DNA from: Lysobacterales bacterium
Lineage (GTDB): Bacteria > Pseudomonadota > Gammaproteobacteria > Xanthomonadales > Xanthomonadaceae
Assembly (NCBI GenBank): GCA_965279425.1
Contig: OZ257239.1
Span: 2,835,541 to 2,899,540, forward strand
DNA: 64,000 nt
Reading direction: 5' to 3'
The notes below the pieces were generated by a model, which was not told where the DNA came from, did not search any database, and saw only the letters and a program-made list of their open reading frames with translations. The position numbers and the translations under genes were made by a program. Every line of letters starts with the position of its first letter. Position 1 is the stretch's first letter. This document shows, in pieces, positions 60,576 to 64,000 of this stretch.

Positions 60576-62253
60576 CGTTTTCACCTTTGGTGGTCTTCGT
60601 TGTTCGCGCATGCGGCCCCAGTACCGCGCCGACGAACCCGCCGGCGACCTCGGTGCTGAGTACCGTTCCATCCTCTTTCTGCTTCAGCCAGCGCCACCCG
60701 CTACCGGTGTCGTAGCCGAAGCTGTAGTCGCTGCTCTGGCCGGTAATCTTCAACTGCAGCAATGGCGACTGGGGCAAGACCGCGGTGGCGACGATCTGCC
60801 TGCCCAGGTCGCTGCTGCGTTCCAGGAACAGTTCCTGCTCCCCTTGCTGCGTGCGCCGCACGCCGAGGAAATACCAGTGCGATTCGTTCTGGAAAGCGGC
60901 GATGCCTGCCTCCGTCCCCACTTCCACCGGCAAGCGCAGTGCGGTGCTGGCCTCGAAAGACGTGTGCTGTTGCCGACGCGCCAGAAAAGCGGGATTGCGT
61001 AACGTTTCCAGGCCCTCCGGCAGCGGTTTGATTGCAAGCTGACCGGGATGACTGCCCAGATCCGCCCACGCCTGTTTGGGTACCCGCACGAACATCCACG
61101 CGTTGTTCAATTCAGTCTGGTCGAACTCGTCGCGCCAGGTGAAGTTGCCCGTGGAAGGCGATTGGATTCCAGCGGTATCCATGAAGGTCGGGCCGGGCGC
61201 GACATAGGGAATCTCCAGCCCAGGCTCAAGAATGATCGGCCAGCCGTCTTTCCATTCCACCGGTAGCAGAAAGGTTTCGCGGCCAGTGTTGTAGTGCGAC
61301 TTGTTGTAGTTGCGGCTCGCCAGGAAGGTCGCCCACCAACGGCCATCGGGTCCCTCGACCAGGTCGGCATGCCCGGCATTGGTGACCGGATGCGCGCGGT
61401 CGGCAGGCAGATCGCGTTGGGTCAGGATGGGATTGCGGGCATAAGGTGTGTACGGCCCCCACACTTTTCTGCTGCGCAGGATGACCTGCGAGTGCTGCGG
61501 ACCGGTGCCACCTTCGGCGCAATTGAGGTAATACCAGCCGTCGCGCTTGAAAATATGCGGACCTTCGATCCAGATCGGATTGGTCGAAGGATCGACGCCG
61601 CCATCGATCAGCACTTCGCGCGGCCCCACTGGCGTCATCTTCGCCAGATCGAGTTCCTGCATCCAGATGGCGCGGTGCCCGTCGTAACGCGCCTTTTCTT
61701 TCGGCCCATCGTTGTTGAGCAGGTATACGCGTCCATCGTCGTCGAAGAACAGGGACGGGTCGATGCCGCCGATGCCCGGCAGCCAGTGCGGATCGGACCA
61801 GGGACCGGCCGGATTCGTGGCCGTCGCAATGAAATTTCCGCCGCTGTCCACGGCGGTATTGGCGACGTAGAAAGTGCCCTCGTGATATTCGATGGCGGGT
61901 GCGAAGACGCCCCGCGACATGCCCAGCCCATCGAAGTCCAGTTGCGAAGGACGATGGATGACATTGCCGATCTGCTTCCAGTGCACCAGGTCGGCGCTCT
62001 CGAACACCGGGATGCCCGGGAAGAATGCGAAACTGGAAGTCACCAGATAGAAACGGTCGCCCGCGCGGGTGATGCTGGGATCGGGATGGAAACCGGCCAG
62101 GATCGGGTTGCGATAGCTGCCCGGCGGCACCGGTGCATCAAATACTGCATCGTTGCCGCGATATTCGAACCAGTCGAACAGGACCGGCGCTTGCGCCACA
62201 GCCCGGGGTGCGGCCACCGCACATAGCAACAGCATGAGCCCCACGCGGATCAT
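60562..62253 (-). CDS. GH43 protein with C-terminal beta-sandwich, exported
   Basis: NPILAGFHPDPSI, GIDPSLF, WIEGPHI, GHADLV, GRETFL. Confidence 0.92.
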   Translation of the reverse strand: MIRVGLMLLLCAVAAPRAVAQAPVLFDWFEYRGNDAVFDAPVPPGSYRNPILAGFHPDPSITRAGDRFYLVTSSFAFFPGIPVFESADLVHWKQIGNVIHRPSQLDFDGLGMSRGVFAPAIEYHEGTFYVANTAVDSGGNFIATATNPAGPWSDPHWLPGIGGIDPSLFFDDDGRVYLLNNDGPKEKARYDGHRAIWMQELDLAKMTPVGPREVLIDGGVDPSTNPIWIEGPHIFKRDGWYYLNCAEGGTGPQHSQVILRSRKVWGPYTPYARNPILTQRDLPADRAHPVTNAGHADLVEGPDGRWWATFLASRNYNKSHYNTGRETFLLPVEWKDGWPIILEPGLEIPYVAPGPTFMDTAGIQSPSTGNFTWRDEFDQTELNNAWMFVRVPKQAWADLGSHPGQLAIKPLPEGLETLRNPAFLARRQQHTSFEASTALRLPVEVGTEAGIAAFQNESHWYFLGVRRTQQGEQELFLERSSDLGRQIVATAVLPQSPLLQLKITGQSSDYSFGYDTGSGWRWLKQKEDGTVLSTEVAGGFVGAVLGPHARTTKTTKGENDAAQ

Positions 62254-62312
62254 GATGTTTCCTCGTCGAAGAATTCAGCGCGGCGCTGTATTAGACATGT
62301 CATCGTGATGCC

Positions 62313-64000
62313 TCAAGGAACAGGTACTGCGAATGGGCCCGCTGGCAGGCCCTCACTATCGAACAGATTGATCACCGGGTTATCCGCCCAGCCGTAGCGC
62401 ACCCGCGTGGCGGTTCCCGACAACTGGGAACGCAGCACAATGTCGTGCCCCTGGATTTCGCCGGCGACATAACGACAGCTATCTGGCACGGCGCCACAGA
62501 GTTCGAAACCCAGCGCTGATTGAGCGCCATAAGCCACCAGCGACTTACTGACGTCACCGAAACGCACGCGCACCGAATCGCTAGAACGTGCCACCGATAC
62601 CGGCACCGGGCCCGAGGCCGATATCCGGTCGCCATACACCAAGTGCCGCGCCGCCCGCGCCAGACGACGACCCAGTTCCTGCTTGTTGGGCGGATGGATG
62701 TCGTAGCGGTCGCCGATATCCACGGCCACGACTAGCGCGGCGCGCGGATCTTCATCCGCGTATTGCCGTTGTGCCTCACGCAGGCCTGCCCATCCGCTTT
62801 CGCCCGGTGCGGTCGGCGGCATGCCATACCCTGCCAGTTGCACGACCAGCATCGGCACCGCGCTTCCGAAACGCGTGCGCCAGCCGCTGCTCAGTCTGCG
62901 CAACAGGTCGCGGTACTCCGTGGTTTCACCGGTATTGGATTCGCCCTGATACCAGAGCATCCCGCGCAGGCCGTAACGGCCCAATGGCGCGATCATTCCG
63001 TTGTAGAGCGTTGACAGCCCGCCCGCCGATTGCCATGGCGCGCCGGGCGGCGATTCGCCCGCGGCTGTCTGTCGATATTCCCAGCCTTTCAAAGGCACGC
63101 TGGAACCGTCCCCAAAGCGCAGGCGATACGCGGAAGCAGGGGCACTCATTCCACCTTCGCGATAGGTGTCCAGCACATTGACGACAATCTTGTTGTCGCC
63201 TGCCCGCAGTAACCCGTTCGGCAACGGATAACGGCGGGCAGAACCAGGATCGTAGTTGCTGCCCACGGCGCGCCCGTTGACCCAGGTGATATCTGTCTCA
63301 TCTACTGCACCGAGTTCCAGCACCGCATCCTGGCTGGCCTGTTCCGTCGTGAGCTCGACCGTGGTGCGGAACCAGACCATGCCGTTGTAATCGGCCAGTG
63401 CCGGCTCGTTCCAGCGTTCCCAAGGTCCAAGCTCGCCGGGTGCTTTTCGCCAATCGTGCGCCGCCGAGGTGTCCGCGATACTCCAGGGTTGATCGCCGGG
63501 CGCAGTACCGGCGCGCTGGTTCCACCACTCGCCCCATACCTGGCCCCAGCGCTCGGCTGCGGCTAGCGGATCCTTCGCGTGCTGCGCCAGCACTTCCAGC
63601 GATTGCCGGTAACGCGGGTCGGTTCTCAAGGCATCGGCGCCGATCCAGGCCTGGATGCGCGAACCGCCCCAGGACGCATCTATCAACCCCATAGGCACGT
63701 CGACGTTTTTCTGAAGTTCGCGCGCGAAATAGAAACAGGCGGCGGAAAAATCGCGCAAGGACCCGGCATTGACCGTTTCCCATCGCGCTGCGCTGGAGAA
63801 CGTTTCCAGAGGTATCGCACTGGCGGATTGAGGAACGCTCAAAAGGCGAATGGTGGGCGCGGTGGGGTTGGACAATTCCGAAAGAGCATCCAGCGATCTC
63901 CATACTGGAAGTTCCATGTTCGATTGGCCCGAACACAACCACACATCGCCCACCAGCAGATCTGTGACCACCTGCGTTCTTTCGCCATCGCTCGCCGTCA
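62313..64000 (-). CDS. Sialate O-acetylesterase-like (SASA) carbohydrate esterase, 5'-truncated by window edge
   Basis: GDVWLCSGQSNME, WYQGESN, DIHPPNK. Confidence 0.9.
   Translation of the reverse strand, partial: TASDGERTQVVTDLLVGDVWLCSGQSNMELPVWRSLDALSELSNPTAPTIRLLSVPQSASAIPLETFSSAARWETVNAGSLRDFSAACFYFARELQKNVDVPMGLIDASWGGSRIQAWIGADALRTDPRYRQSLEVLAQHAKDPLAAAERWGQVWGEWWNQRAGTAPGDQPWSIADTSAAHDWRKAPGELGPWERWNEPALADYNGMVWFRTTVELTTEQASQDAVLELGAVDETDITWVNGRAVGSNYDPGSARRYPLPNGLLRAGDNKIVVNVLDTYREGGMSAPASAYRLRFGDGSSVPLKGWEYRQTAAGESPPGAPWQSAGGLSTLYNGMIAPLGRYGLRGMLWYQGESNTGETTEYRDLLRRLSSGWRTRFGSAVPMLVVQLAGYGMPPTAPGESGWAGLREAQRQYADEDPRAALVVAVDIGDRYDIHPPNKQELGRRLARAARHLVYGDRISASGPVPVSVARSSDSVRVRFGDVSKSLVAYGAQSALGFELCGAVPDSCRYVAGEIQGHDIVLRSQLSGTATRVRYGWADNPVINLFDSEGLPAGPFAVPVP

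Overview
High-GC window from a Xanthomonadaceae/Lysobacteraceae-type bacterium (taxonomy inferred from gene content, gene order and REP style). Bases 1-37 kb are mostly core genes: a Lys/Ala-rich histone-like protein, gcvTH, NfeD/SPFH, a Fur-boxed hemP unit, a Mn riboswitch-TMEM165 unit, nupC-ribokinase, dusB, a PlcP-like/OlsF-like lipid pair, metK, a three-gene phospholipid cassette, uup, ppc, SAH riboswitch-ahcY-metF, ilvE, a ColRS-like two-component system and rimK. The intergenic gaps carry many different REP-like palindromes and one MITE-like element. Bases 37.4-64 kb are accessory. They hold (i) a co-oriented 8-gene locus plus a divergent XRE regulator that looks like a TonB-dependent system for importing and degrading D-amino-acid-containing peptides (DgcN/DgcA-like pair, two SxxK hydrolases, a lipoprotein D-aminoacylase, POT and YkvI transporters), with two near-identical promoter/operator sites, and (ii) a xylan utilisation locus (two GH43, GH10, GH3-PA14, SASA esterase, XylP-like transporter, mutarotase, secreted lactonase, LacI-type palindrome). 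No CRISPR array, tRNA, rRNA or transposase was recognised. All calls come from reading motifs by eye; no database searches were run.
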